DNA of 32,000 bases from NCBI RefSeq assembly GCF_049243625.1, contig NZ_CP046975.1; one strand, written 5' to 3'. Under the pieces are notes generated by a model that had not been told where the DNA came from, did no database searches, and saw nothing but the letters and a program-made list of their open reading frames with translations. Below are positions 17,677 to 24,595 of the stretch, piece after piece. Position numbers and translations under genes: made by a program. Source of the DNA: Corynebacterium amycolatum. GTDB lineage: Bacteria > Actinomycetota > Actinomycetes > Mycobacteriales > Mycobacteriaceae. Positions within the stretch are counted from its first letter, which is position 1. Every line of letters begins with the position of its first letter.

Positions 17677-18918
17677 TTAAGTCCCGTTTTGAGTCCCACT
17701 TTCTTCACCGAGATTCAAGGCGCCCCGCATAGCGTCTACATCAGTCCAATCCGTGTAGTTGCGCGCGTTCACGTCGACGTCATGCCCGAAATAGGCTGCA
17801 CGCACCTGGGCGGGTACCCCTCGCGCGATGGCCCGGTTATTGAGCACCGTGCGCCAGTCATGGGATCTCATTAAAGCGATGTGGTTGTCCTGGAGCTGCG
17901 CGCCAACATCTTTAAACAGAGCCGCTGACGCTTTCACGGCGTTGTCGGTGCGCCAGTGCGCCTTCTTGTCTCCTGGCGAAGGGATCAGTGGATCGGTCGT
18001 TTCTAGTCCGTCGAGCCGGTTTAACCAGAACTTTTCGACACGCTTGTCCAGGAACGGGATAGAACGGTCTCTGTGCGTTTTAGATTGCTCAGATGTAATG
18101 CTGATAGCGATCTGCCCATTAGCGACTTTTACAGAATACCTCGTCACTGCCAGTGCCTCGGAGATGCGAAGTCCCGTCCCCGCTTGCAGTAGTGCCAGCG
18201 CGACCACGTTGTCATGTTTTGCGATGGAGCTTGCTCGTCTGTCCGTGCCCGGTGGTAACGGTCTGGCGGTATCGCGTGCAATGAGATGGTCTACAACGGC
18301 GTCGTATTGGGCGTTCGTCAGGGCGTGACCACCTTGTGGTTTATTGCCCTTCTTGACCTCGCCGAGGTCGATGCTGATTCCGCGTAACGGGTTGTGGTCG
18401 ATAACACCCTCGCGGATGAGCTGATCCAGAATGTACTTGCTCACGACGGTGCGGGCCTGCCGTGCAGATTCCGACCCGTTTGCGGTGGCGATGGCCTGCA
18501 ATGCGTGTTCGAGAGTTCGGAATTTCACAGCTTCGCCAATGGCGTGTTTTCCTAGCTGTGCTTCGGCCTGCTTTAATGCGAGCTCATACCGGGCGCGCGT
18601 GTTCGGTCGCAGACGTGCCGCCCGGATGGCCGGCTTAGAGACGTCGGTAATGAACGCCGAGAAGTTCTTGCTCTTATCCCAATTGGTCGACGTCGAGTTG
18701 AGCTTGCTATCCCGCTTCTCGACGGCAATTCGCCGGAATTCCCCCTTTGTCCTTGCCCGGATTGTCGGGCGGTAAGTCGTTCCGTCCCATAGTCGGACCG
18801 TGATTTTCGCTTCGTATGGACCTCGCGGCGGTAAAGCATCAACGACGCGGTCGATGGAATCTTCCCCAAGGCTTAGTTTCGTTCTGGCGGCACGTATTTG
18901 CTTGGACATACACACCAC
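17677..18918 (-). CDS. int: Tyrosine-type site-specific recombinase (integrase)
   Basis: The C-terminal catalytic domain has R (GLRISEAL), H-x-x-R (SHDWRTV), FGHD and the nucleophile Tyr (NARNYTD). The N-terminal SAM-like domain has ARYELALKQAE. The start could be GTG 18918 or ATG 18909. It lies next to the att repeat. Confidence 0.9.
   Translation of the reverse strand: MVCMSKQIRAARTKLSLGEDSIDRVVDALPPRGPYEAKITVRLWDGTTYRPTIRARTKGEFRRIAVEKRDSKLNSTSTNWDKSKNFSAFITDVSKPAIRAARLRPNTRARYELALKQAEAQLGKHAIGEAVKFRTLEHALQAIATANGSESARQARTVVSKYILDQLIREGVIDHNPLRGISIDLGEVKKGNKPQGGHALTNAQYDAVVDHLIARDTARPLPPGTDRRASSIAKHDNVVALALLQAGTGLRISEALAVTRYSVKVANGQIAISITSEQSKTHRDRSIPFLDKRVEKFWLNRLDGLETTDPLIPSPGDKKAHWRTDNAVKASAALFKDVGAQLQDNHIALMRSHDWRTVLNNRAIARGVPAQVRAAYFGHDVDVNARNYTDWTDVDAMRGALNLGEESGTQNGT
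17680..17698. repeat. 19-nt repeat AGTCCCGTTTTGAGTCCCA (copy 1, overlaps the last int codons); candidate arm-type recombinase site
   Basis: It matches 29251-29269 at 18/19 positions. Each copy contains two AGTCCC half-sites 12 bp apart. The copies lie about 110 bp and about 94 bp from the two core copies, so they would flank the core in a circular attP. Confidence 0.6.
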
Positions 18919-18931
18919 TATAGACCCACTT

Positions 18932-18958
18932 TTGCAATAGGTTCGAATTTGTTATCAT
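18932..18958 (+). promoter_or_regulatory. Possible promoter (TTGCAA-N15-TATCAT) giving a leaderless transcript of the 161-aa ORF; divergent from int
   Basis: The -35-like hexamer is at 18932-18937 and the -10-like hexamer at 18953-18958. The ATG at 18966 is 7 nt downstream of the -10. The spacer is shorter than optimal. Confidence 0.3.
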
Positions 18959-18965
18959 TGCTGGT

Positions 18966-19451
18966 ATGGATCCTTCAGAACGTCTTCCAATTTGGTCTAC
19001 CGATGACGTCGCGCGCAGACGCCAGGAAGTGTTGTGCACGTTGGTTGACGATAATCACCCGCTTTATGTTGACGCTCGCGAATTGTTCACTCCCCCACTT
19101 TCCCGCGAGGAGGTCACACAGCTCTTGCTTACCGCCCTTGAAACCTACTGTGAAATCCGCGCGGTAGCTCGTGAACTAAGGTATCTGGACCCCATTGTGA
19201 AAAATGATACGAAAGGTCGTCAGAAGCGACACCCGCGTCTGCACGCTGTCCGCAAACACCTCCAGGCACGACTCGAGTTTCTGGAGAACGAAGCTGATCG
19301 AACGTTGCCGTTCACCTTTTATCGGCCTAACGCAGGACGACGCTTCGCCGCAGGTGAAGGACTGACGATGGATCTTATCGACCCTGTACCGGACAGTGTC
19401 GTGGCTACGATGTTTCCGCCGGTCTTTGATTTTCCCTCACAAGTAGGCTAA
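18966..19451 (+). CDS. Hypothetical protein (161 aa), element-encoded
   Basis: A clean ORF divergent from int. I recognise no motif. Confidence 0.55.
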   Translation: MDPSERLPIWSTDDVARRRQEVLCTLVDDNHPLYVDARELFTPPLSREEVTQLLLTALETYCEIRAVARELRYLDPIVKNDTKGRQKRHPRLHAVRKHLQARLEFLENEADRTLPFTFYRPNAGRRFAAGEGLTMDLIDPVPDSVVATMFPPVFDFPSQVG

Positions 19452-19534
19452 AATATAACCAGCCGTACCTGCGACGGTTGGCCACCGAGGCACCGGGTAC
19501 AATAAGAACCCAAGGTTTGCAACTCGGATATGCA

Positions 19535-19568
19535 GGCCCCCAAAGCGGATAACCGCTAGGCCGGGGCC
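19535..19568 (+). other. Nested GC-rich hairpin (GGCCCC..GCGG-ATAA-CCGC..GGGGCC) between the 161-aa ORF and xis
   Basis: The complementary arms were read directly. The following T-run is weak (CTTTC), so a terminator function is uncertain. Confidence 0.3.
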
Positions 19569-19592
19569 CTTTCAGCATGTCTGGAGCAAACC

Positions 19593-19820
19593 TTGAAAGG
19601 TGTTTCTAATTTAAAACTGGTCGATCATGCCGAGCCTATTGCGGTTAAAAGTTCGGTAGCGGCATCCCTGATCGGAATTGCCCCTCAAACTCTCAACAAC
19701 TGGCGTGTTCAGGGCAAAGGGCCCAGATACGCCAGCGTGGGTACCAACCTCGTCGTCTACAGAATCGCTGATATTGAGGCGTGGCTAGATGAGCATGTTG
19801 TCGGTGGTGAGAAGCCATGA
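19593..19820 (+). CDS. xis: Excisionase / AlpA-type helix-turn-helix DNA-binding protein
   Basis: The 75-aa protein carries AASLIGIAPQTLNNWRVQGKGPRYASVGTNLVVYRIADIEAWL, an HTH_17/MerR-like excisionase pattern. The TTG start is preceded by GGAG. Its stop overlaps the PolB start (ATGA at 19817-19820). Confidence 0.75.
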   Translation: MKGVSNLKLVDHAEPIAVKSSVAASLIGIAPQTLNNWRVQGKGPRYASVGTNLVVYRIADIEAWLDEHVVGGEKP

Positions 19821-22800
19821 CGACAGCGAACGAGGCGTGGAGCATAGAGATCTCCCCCAAGGACGCGCCCGACACGGTGCGTCATGAGCATGAACTCATC
19901 GAGCTTGACGTGAATGGCACCGAGTGGCAATCACGCCTCGTCGACACTGCCGTCGACGTTCCTGGGCGTTCTGACCCGTCGTACTTCACCGTTTTGGTAC
20001 GTCGTAAACCTCGATCTGTGGCTAAGGTCTCGGAGACCTTGGCCACGATTTCAGGCAGTTCTACGGACGTTCCTGCTGGTCAAGACCCTAAAGTCGTTTC
20101 AGGCCAAAATCCCCTAGGGGAGAGGCAGAATGGCCGGACCGGAGAGTCCGGCCATCGTGACTCCGGCCACCGTGACTCCGCAGCAGCAGCAGCGGTGGAA
20201 GCCGCTGCGGTTGCAGGGGTTGATGCCGGTGTCGATGTTAAGAGTTTCGGCCAGCTACCAACTGTGAGGTCGATGGGTAGTGGCGGTCGCCGGGCTCAAG
20301 TGATCGGGTTTGATACTGAGTTCACCTACCGCGAAGATGACCCCGCTAAGCGCGTCATCGATAGCTATCAGTTCGCCTGTACTGATGCTCTCGATGATGG
20401 TGTTCTCGTACAGGTGGTTGTGTTGCCTCTGGCGGGTGATCGCATCTACCTTGAGGATGCTCTCTACATCGTCAGTCTTGCAGGCGGTCTGCATGTCCTG
20501 TCACCCTCTCGGGAGCCTATCGATCCTCGTGGCGTGCTCGTCCGCGATGTAAGGAAACTCAACCCTCGGGGAAAATTTGACTACTCCGCCACGCGAGATG
20601 CGGCGTTCAAGGCTCGCATTGCCGTCGTCCTGGCGTGTCATTTCGGCAACGCCGATCTGACCGCTTTTCGGCGCCCTCCCGAGCAGCGCAATGGTGGGGA
20701 AAAACATTATGACATCCTCCGCCGCGTGACCTCTGCTTCGGGGGGCTTAGTTTCGCTGCAACCTGCCCGCTTCATGCGCAAGTCTGGCAAAGGCTCCAAC
20801 AGCTATCGCTGGTTGCCGTTCTCTGTGACCGTTCGTGACACGATGTGTCAGGCTGCACCCGGTCATAAGAGTCTCGCTGCTCTTGGCGATGTTTGCGGTG
20901 TTCCTAAGCTTGATGTTGGTTCCTCAATCGAGAATATGACCTCAATGCGTCGTGACGATCTGACGTCGTTCCTCGAATATGGGGTGAATGACGCGGTCAT
21001 CGTTGTTGAGTATCTGGCGATGCTGTGGGGTCTCAACATCGTTCCGCCTGTCACCCTTTCGGGTGCGGGTGCCAGTGCTGTCCGCGACGGAATCATGCGC
21101 TACATGGGCGACAAGGTGGTGAAGGACTTCCTCATCAACTTTCGCGGTCTCGTGCGGTTGACGGACCCTGAACCGTTTTTAGACCATGACCAACTTTCGT
21201 ATTACACCACACGAGAGTTGGTACCCGTGGACGGCGATGCCAATCAATCCCACACTGCGTGGAAAATGGCGTTTCACGGAGGCTGGAACAGTTGTCTGTC
21301 TCCTGGTCACCACCCTTACCCGACCTTCGATCACGATATCCAATCTGCGTACCCATCTGCGATGGCATCGGTGATTGATGTGGATTATGTGGGCGGTTGT
21401 ATCGAGGAGGTTGTGAAGGACCGGGTACTTACACTGGACGACTTTCCGTTAGGTCCCATCACCCCGTTAGTTGCCTATGTGAGTTGGAATTTCCCGGATG
21501 ATGTTGTTGCGCCTTGCTTGCCGGTGGTCGTCGGTGACTGCGTGTTATATCCACGAACGTCTGACGGTGCTGGAGCCGCGCAAGGTGACGATGTTGGGGG
21601 GTATGACGGGTTTCATGGTGCTTGGTGCGCTGGACCTGAGTTGTACCTTGCGTTGAAGCTGGGGGCGACGGTGCGTGTTCAGATTGGCTACCGCATGAGG
21701 TTGCGCATGCAGTCTGATAGTACTCCGTCCCGATCACTGCGCTTCGCCCTCCGACAGATGGTTGAAGACCGTGCGACTGCGAAGAAGATCTTCGGCAAGG
21801 GGTCGCTGGAAGAGCAGACCGTCAAGGTTGCGACAAACTCGGTCTACGGGAAGCTGGCCCAGGACGTCTCCGAGCGTAACGGGTGGGGTGCATGGGCTGA
21901 GGAGATGGAGTCTATTGGTGGGTCGTCCGTAACCTCTCCCTATCACGCGTCGATGACAACGTCGCTTGTTCGCGCTCTTCTTCTGGCGATGGCCAATACG
22001 ATTCCGATTCTGTCTGTCACGACTGACGGCTTCATCACGCCTGTTGAAGAGATTGAGCACTTTGATTGCTTTGGCATCGCGAATGTGTTCCGTGCCGCTC
22101 GTCGTGCGTTGGTAGGTGATCCGACGGTCTGGGAGATCAAGCACTACCAGGACGATCTAGTGAATTTCTCGACGCGTGGCAATGTGTCCTTGCTGGAACA
22201 CGGTGTGCTCGCTAAGGCTGGGTTGAAAGTTCCTGAGGAGGTTGAACGTGGGACCGTCGCGGAGCGTCGCTGGTTTCGCGATACCGCTCTTTCACGCCGG
22301 GGAAAGATACCTAACCCCTACACGTCTTTCCCAACATTTCGGGAGTTGTCGCGGTCCGTAAACCGGTTGGACTTCCACCCGGTGGATCGCACGCCTGAGG
22401 TCTCAACGGTGGACTTTGACCTAAAACGGCAGCCTCTACGTGGCACGCTCCGGGTTGATGTGATTGACGGCAACGAAATGGCGGGGTTCGACACTTGCGC
22501 GTGGGACTCAGTCGACGACTATAAGCATGCACGTGGGATCGCTGGTCACATGCAGTTGGTTCGGTATGGGACCACAGGTGTTGACCGTCCTACTGGGTGT
22601 CTGCGCACGGGTCATGATTGGGAGACCTGGTTTAAGCGTTTTGAGTCTGCTCGGGGTCGTCGTATCCGTACGGCTGACAGTGCCCTACTCACCGAACTCG
22701 TTGCCGCGCATAAGGCTGGTCTTGTCGTCGTTGACCGTTTGGCTGTTCGCGTTTCCGTGGCTCAGAAGGTGGGTTGGTTGTCCTCTTTGGGGATGGGTGA

Positions 22801-22927
22801 ATTCACCCGGGCGCAGTGGGATCACATGAGCAAGAAGGTTCGGCGTTCGACGGTGCTACGCGATGCCGATATGGATGCTGTTCGTGCCTTTGCCGATGAG
22901 CTGAATCGCGGTGATGGCTATGTCTAG
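19817..22927 (+). CDS. Family-B DNA polymerase with 3'-5' exonuclease domain, piPolB-like (primer-independent PolB candidate)
   Basis: ExoI is IGFDTEF (aa 163-169), ExoII is HFGNADLTAF (275-284) and ExoIII is EYGVNDAVIV (387-396). Motif A is DIQSAYPSAM (507-516), motif B is KVATNSVYGK (670-679) and motif C is the variant TTDG (735-738). These are followed by KHY (775-777) and STRG (785-788). Confidence 0.85.
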   Translation: MTTANEAWSIEISPKDAPDTVRHEHELIELDVNGTEWQSRLVDTAVDVPGRSDPSYFTVLVRRKPRSVAKVSETLATISGSSTDVPAGQDPKVVSGQNPLGERQNGRTGESGHRDSGHRDSAAAAAVEAAAVAGVDAGVDVKSFGQLPTVRSMGSGGRRAQVIGFDTEFTYREDDPAKRVIDSYQFACTDALDDGVLVQVVVLPLAGDRIYLEDALYIVSLAGGLHVLSPSREPIDPRGVLVRDVRKLNPRGKFDYSATRDAAFKARIAVVLACHFGNADLTAFRRPPEQRNGGEKHYDILRRVTSASGGLVSLQPARFMRKSGKGSNSYRWLPFSVTVRDTMCQAAPGHKSLAALGDVCGVPKLDVGSSIENMTSMRRDDLTSFLEYGVNDAVIVVEYLAMLWGLNIVPPVTLSGAGASAVRDGIMRYMGDKVVKDFLINFRGLVRLTDPEPFLDHDQLSYYTTRELVPVDGDANQSHTAWKMAFHGGWNSCLSPGHHPYPTFDHDIQSAYPSAMASVIDVDYVGGCIEEVVKDRVLTLDDFPLGPITPLVAYVSWNFPDDVVAPCLPVVVGDCVLYPRTSDGAGAAQGDDVGGYDGFHGAWCAGPELYLALKLGATVRVQIGYRMRLRMQSDSTPSRSLRFALRQMVEDRATAKKIFGKGSLEEQTVKVATNSVYGKLAQDVSERNGWGAWAEEMESIGGSSVTSPYHASMTTSLVRALLLAMANTIPILSVTTDGFITPVEEIEHFDCFGIANVFRAARRALVGDPTVWEIKHYQDDLVNFSTRGNVSLLEHGVLAKAGLKVPEEVERGTVAERRWFRDTALSRRGKIPNPYTSFPTFRELSRSVNRLDFHPVDRTPEVSTVDFDLKRQPLRGTLRVDVIDGNEMAGFDTCAWDSVDDYKHARGIAGHMQLVRYGTTGVDRPTGCLRTGHDWETWFKRFESARGRRIRTADSALLTELVAAHKAGLVVVDRLAVRVSVAQKVGWLSSLGMGEFTRAQWDHMSKKVRRSTVLRDADMDAVRAFADELNRGDGYV
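20147..20193 (+). repeat. Tandem 15-bp repeat (TCCGGCCAYCGTGAC x2) followed by (GCA)4 inside the PolB N-terminal extension
   Basis: Read directly. It encodes SGHRD-SGHRD-SAAAA in a low-complexity linker. Confidence 0.8.
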
Positions 22928-23042
22928 CACCCCTCCCCCTGGTCGGTTTGGTATGAAGCTTTCTCGCGGCCCTCCTATAGGCACTTTTATCGTCACAGAG
23001 ACGCTAACCATGCAAGCAACAGCACCCCAGCTAAGTCTTGAA

Positions 23043-23073
23043 CCATCGGGTGCTTAGACCGAGTTCCCGATGG
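23043..23073 (+). other. Hairpin CCATCGGG-N15-CCCGATGG downstream of the PolB gene
   Basis: An 8-bp perfect inverted repeat with no T-run. Function is unknown. Confidence 0.3.
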
Positions 23074-23109
23074 CACCAATACACCGCAACCCAAGATAAG
23101 GAGGAACAT

Positions 23110-23583
23110 ATGGAGCCACAATCGCCCCGAGCACCACGGATGCCGAGCGCCCCACGAGCGCCGCGCAGTGGAGCTAAAACAGGCGCGGAAATGGAGGAGA
23201 GCAGGTACGCCGCGGAGGAGTCTGCGAAGGGGCTTATCGCCGGTTTGGTTGGTCTAGACCGCGCCGATATTATCCGTCGTTCCAACCGAGTCCAGGAGAT
23301 TCTGGACGATTTTGCCCAGCACGCCCCAAAAGAAGAAGTGTCTTTGGAGCAGCTTAAAGCGGAGGGAGAAAAGGTTGACGCTGAGCTTGATCAGCTAGAG
23401 CAAACCCTCGATGAGCGCGCTCAGTCGCGGCGGAAAAAGCAGAATCAAGGTGGCTACCCACCGCAGCCGCCGCGGGAAAAGAAGCCTCGTGTCCCTCGGG
23501 TCAAAAACCCGCGATTCACCCCACTTTTCCAGAATGAACCAGAAGAAAAAGACACCAGTAAAGGATGGGAACCAGAACTATGA
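23110..23583 (+). CDS. Hypothetical protein (157 aa), Pro/Arg-rich N-terminus and coiled-coil centre
   Basis: The ATG at 23110 lies 5 nt after AGGAGG (23099-23104). The product contains LEQLKAEGEKVDAELDQLEQTLDERAQ. I recognise no family. Confidence 0.6.
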   Translation: MEPQSPRAPRMPSAPRAPRSGAKTGAEMEESRYAAEESAKGLIAGLVGLDRADIIRRSNRVQEILDDFAQHAPKEEVSLEQLKAEGEKVDAELDQLEQTLDERAQSRRKKQNQGGYPPQPPREKKPRVPRVKNPRFTPLFQNEPEEKDTSKGWEPEL

Positions 23584-23957
23584 TTACGAAGTCTCAGACC
23601 GCTTCGTCGGTAAAAAAGATTGAAGCTCTCCGCCAGGAGCGGGAGCAAAAAGAAGCCGAAGAAGCCAAGAAGGTTGAGGAGTTTAAGCGTCAATTAGGCG
23701 AAGTTCTCTACGCCTGCGCTTATGAGCCTTCAAGCAAGTGGTCCAAATTTCGCGGCGGTTCCGTAAGGGAACTGTTCGCAGAAATCGGTATACGGGAGGA
23801 AACCTCCTGTGAAGCGTCCGAGGAACACGAGAGCGCACATCGCGGGGCGGACGAAGGAGCCGATAAAGGCTTCGAAGTCGATTCCGAGGACTCTACAGAG
23901 TCAGAGGAATCCCCCGCAGGCCCGGAGCACGCAGACCCTTATGGTCTGCAAGCGTAG
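23580..23957 (+). CDS. Hypothetical acidic protein (125 aa)
   Basis: The ATG at 23580 overlaps the upstream stop (ATGA), which suggests translational coupling. The N-terminus is a charged helix and the C-terminus is acidic and disordered. Confidence 0.55.
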   Translation: MITKSQTASSVKKIEALRQEREQKEAEEAKKVEEFKRQLGEVLYACAYEPSSKWSKFRGGSVRELFAEIGIREETSCEASEEHESAHRGADEGADKGFEVDSEDSTESEESPAGPEHADPYGLQA

Positions 23958-23968
23958 GGCCAGAGGGT

Positions 23969-23989
23969 CGAGGGAGAGAATCTCCCTCG
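23969..23989 (+). other. Perfect 9-bp stem / 3-nt loop hairpin (CGAGGGAGA-GAA-TCTCCCTCG)
   Basis: Read directly, 12 nt after the stop of the 125-aa ORF. There is no T-run. It could be a terminator or part of a structured oriT/origin region. Confidence 0.4.
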
Positions 23990-24030
23990 CCAGCGCCACG
24001 AGGCACCGGAGGTGCCCGAGTGGCTTGCTG

Positions 24031-24070
24031 GCCGCCTGTTTGCCGCCTGCCGCCTGTTTGCCGCCTGTTT
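24031..24070. repeat. Tandem 11-nt repeats GCCGCCTGTTT (3 full copies plus one 7-nt partial), iteron-like
   Basis: The full copies are at 24031-24041, 24049-24059 and 24060-24070, and the partial GCCGCCT is at 24042-24048. Confidence 0.85.
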
Positions 24071-24101
24071 GTGAGGGCCGTCTTTGACGGTGGCGAGTAC
24101 G

Positions 24102-24126
24102 CCTGAATCTGCCCCGCAGATTCAGG
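24102..24126. other. Perfect 11-bp inverted repeat CCTGAATCTGC-CCC-GCAGATTCAGG; candidate oriT hairpin
   Basis: Read directly. It lies about 105 bp upstream of mobC and the relaxase, the usual position of an oriT recognition hairpin. Confidence 0.5.
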
Positions 24127-24232
24127 GGGCCGACACCGGAGAAGCGTGACCCTTACAAACAGACTGTGGCCCTGGCTGCATCAGCAGTCGGGGCCACCCT
24201 GCCACAGTAAGCACGATAAGTAGGAGGTGGAT

Positions 24233-24595
24233 ATGCGAGACAAGTTCTCGACATATTCGCGTACAACCGTGCGCCTCGATAAGGATTTAGACCGATTTGT
24301 CGAGGAGGTCGCACGGGTCGTAGGGGTGCAAAAGGCCGTCGTGTTCCGGGAAGCTCTCTATGTCCTCGCGGAGGAGGAGAGCGTGCTGACGCAAAAGCGT
24401 TTGGCCCCGGACACGCTGCGCCGCCTGGACGAGATGAACGACCAACTGCGGCGGATTGGCGTCAATCTAAACCAGTTGGCTCGCCGCGCGAATATCGACG
24501 GCGTGGCCCCCGTGTCTGAGGCTGTAGAAAGCATTGGCTCCGAGGTTTCTTCTCTTCGCAAAGAGGTGAAGGACTTTGTCCACAATCAAGATTAA
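24233..24595 (+). CDS. mobC: MobC-family relaxosome accessory protein
   Basis: The C-terminal motif LRRIGVNLNQLARRAN is the MobC-family signature. The N-terminal region looks like an RHH fold. The ATG at 24233 lies 5 nt after AGGAGG (24222-24227). Confidence 0.8.
   Translation: MRDKFSTYSRTTVRLDKDLDRFVEEVARVVGVQKAVVFREALYVLAEEESVLTQKRLAPDTLRRLDEMNDQLRRIGVNLNQLARRANIDGVAPVSEAVESIGSEVSSLRKEVKDFVHNQD

Noticed and set aside
17533-17874. 113-aa plus-strand ORF starting in the tRNA fragment (and the similar 72-aa ORF at 29260-29478)
   Set aside because: Both read antisense through tRNA or terminator sequence, and the first also runs antisense through the int 3' end. They are artefacts of GC-rich sequence.
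19817-22927. Alternative identities for the 1036-aa protein: primase-helicase/Rep, casposon PolB, or protein-primed PolB of a linear plasmid or phage
   Set aside because: There are no Walker A/helicase or primase motifs. There is no cas1 and there are no terminal inverted repeats. The element ends are tRNA-derived direct repeats made by a tyrosine recombinase, and no terminal-protein candidate lies next to the polymerase.
24031-24070. A possible CRISPR-like array
   Set aside because: The 11-nt units are directly contiguous with no spacers and there are no cas genes. This is a simple tandem repeat.
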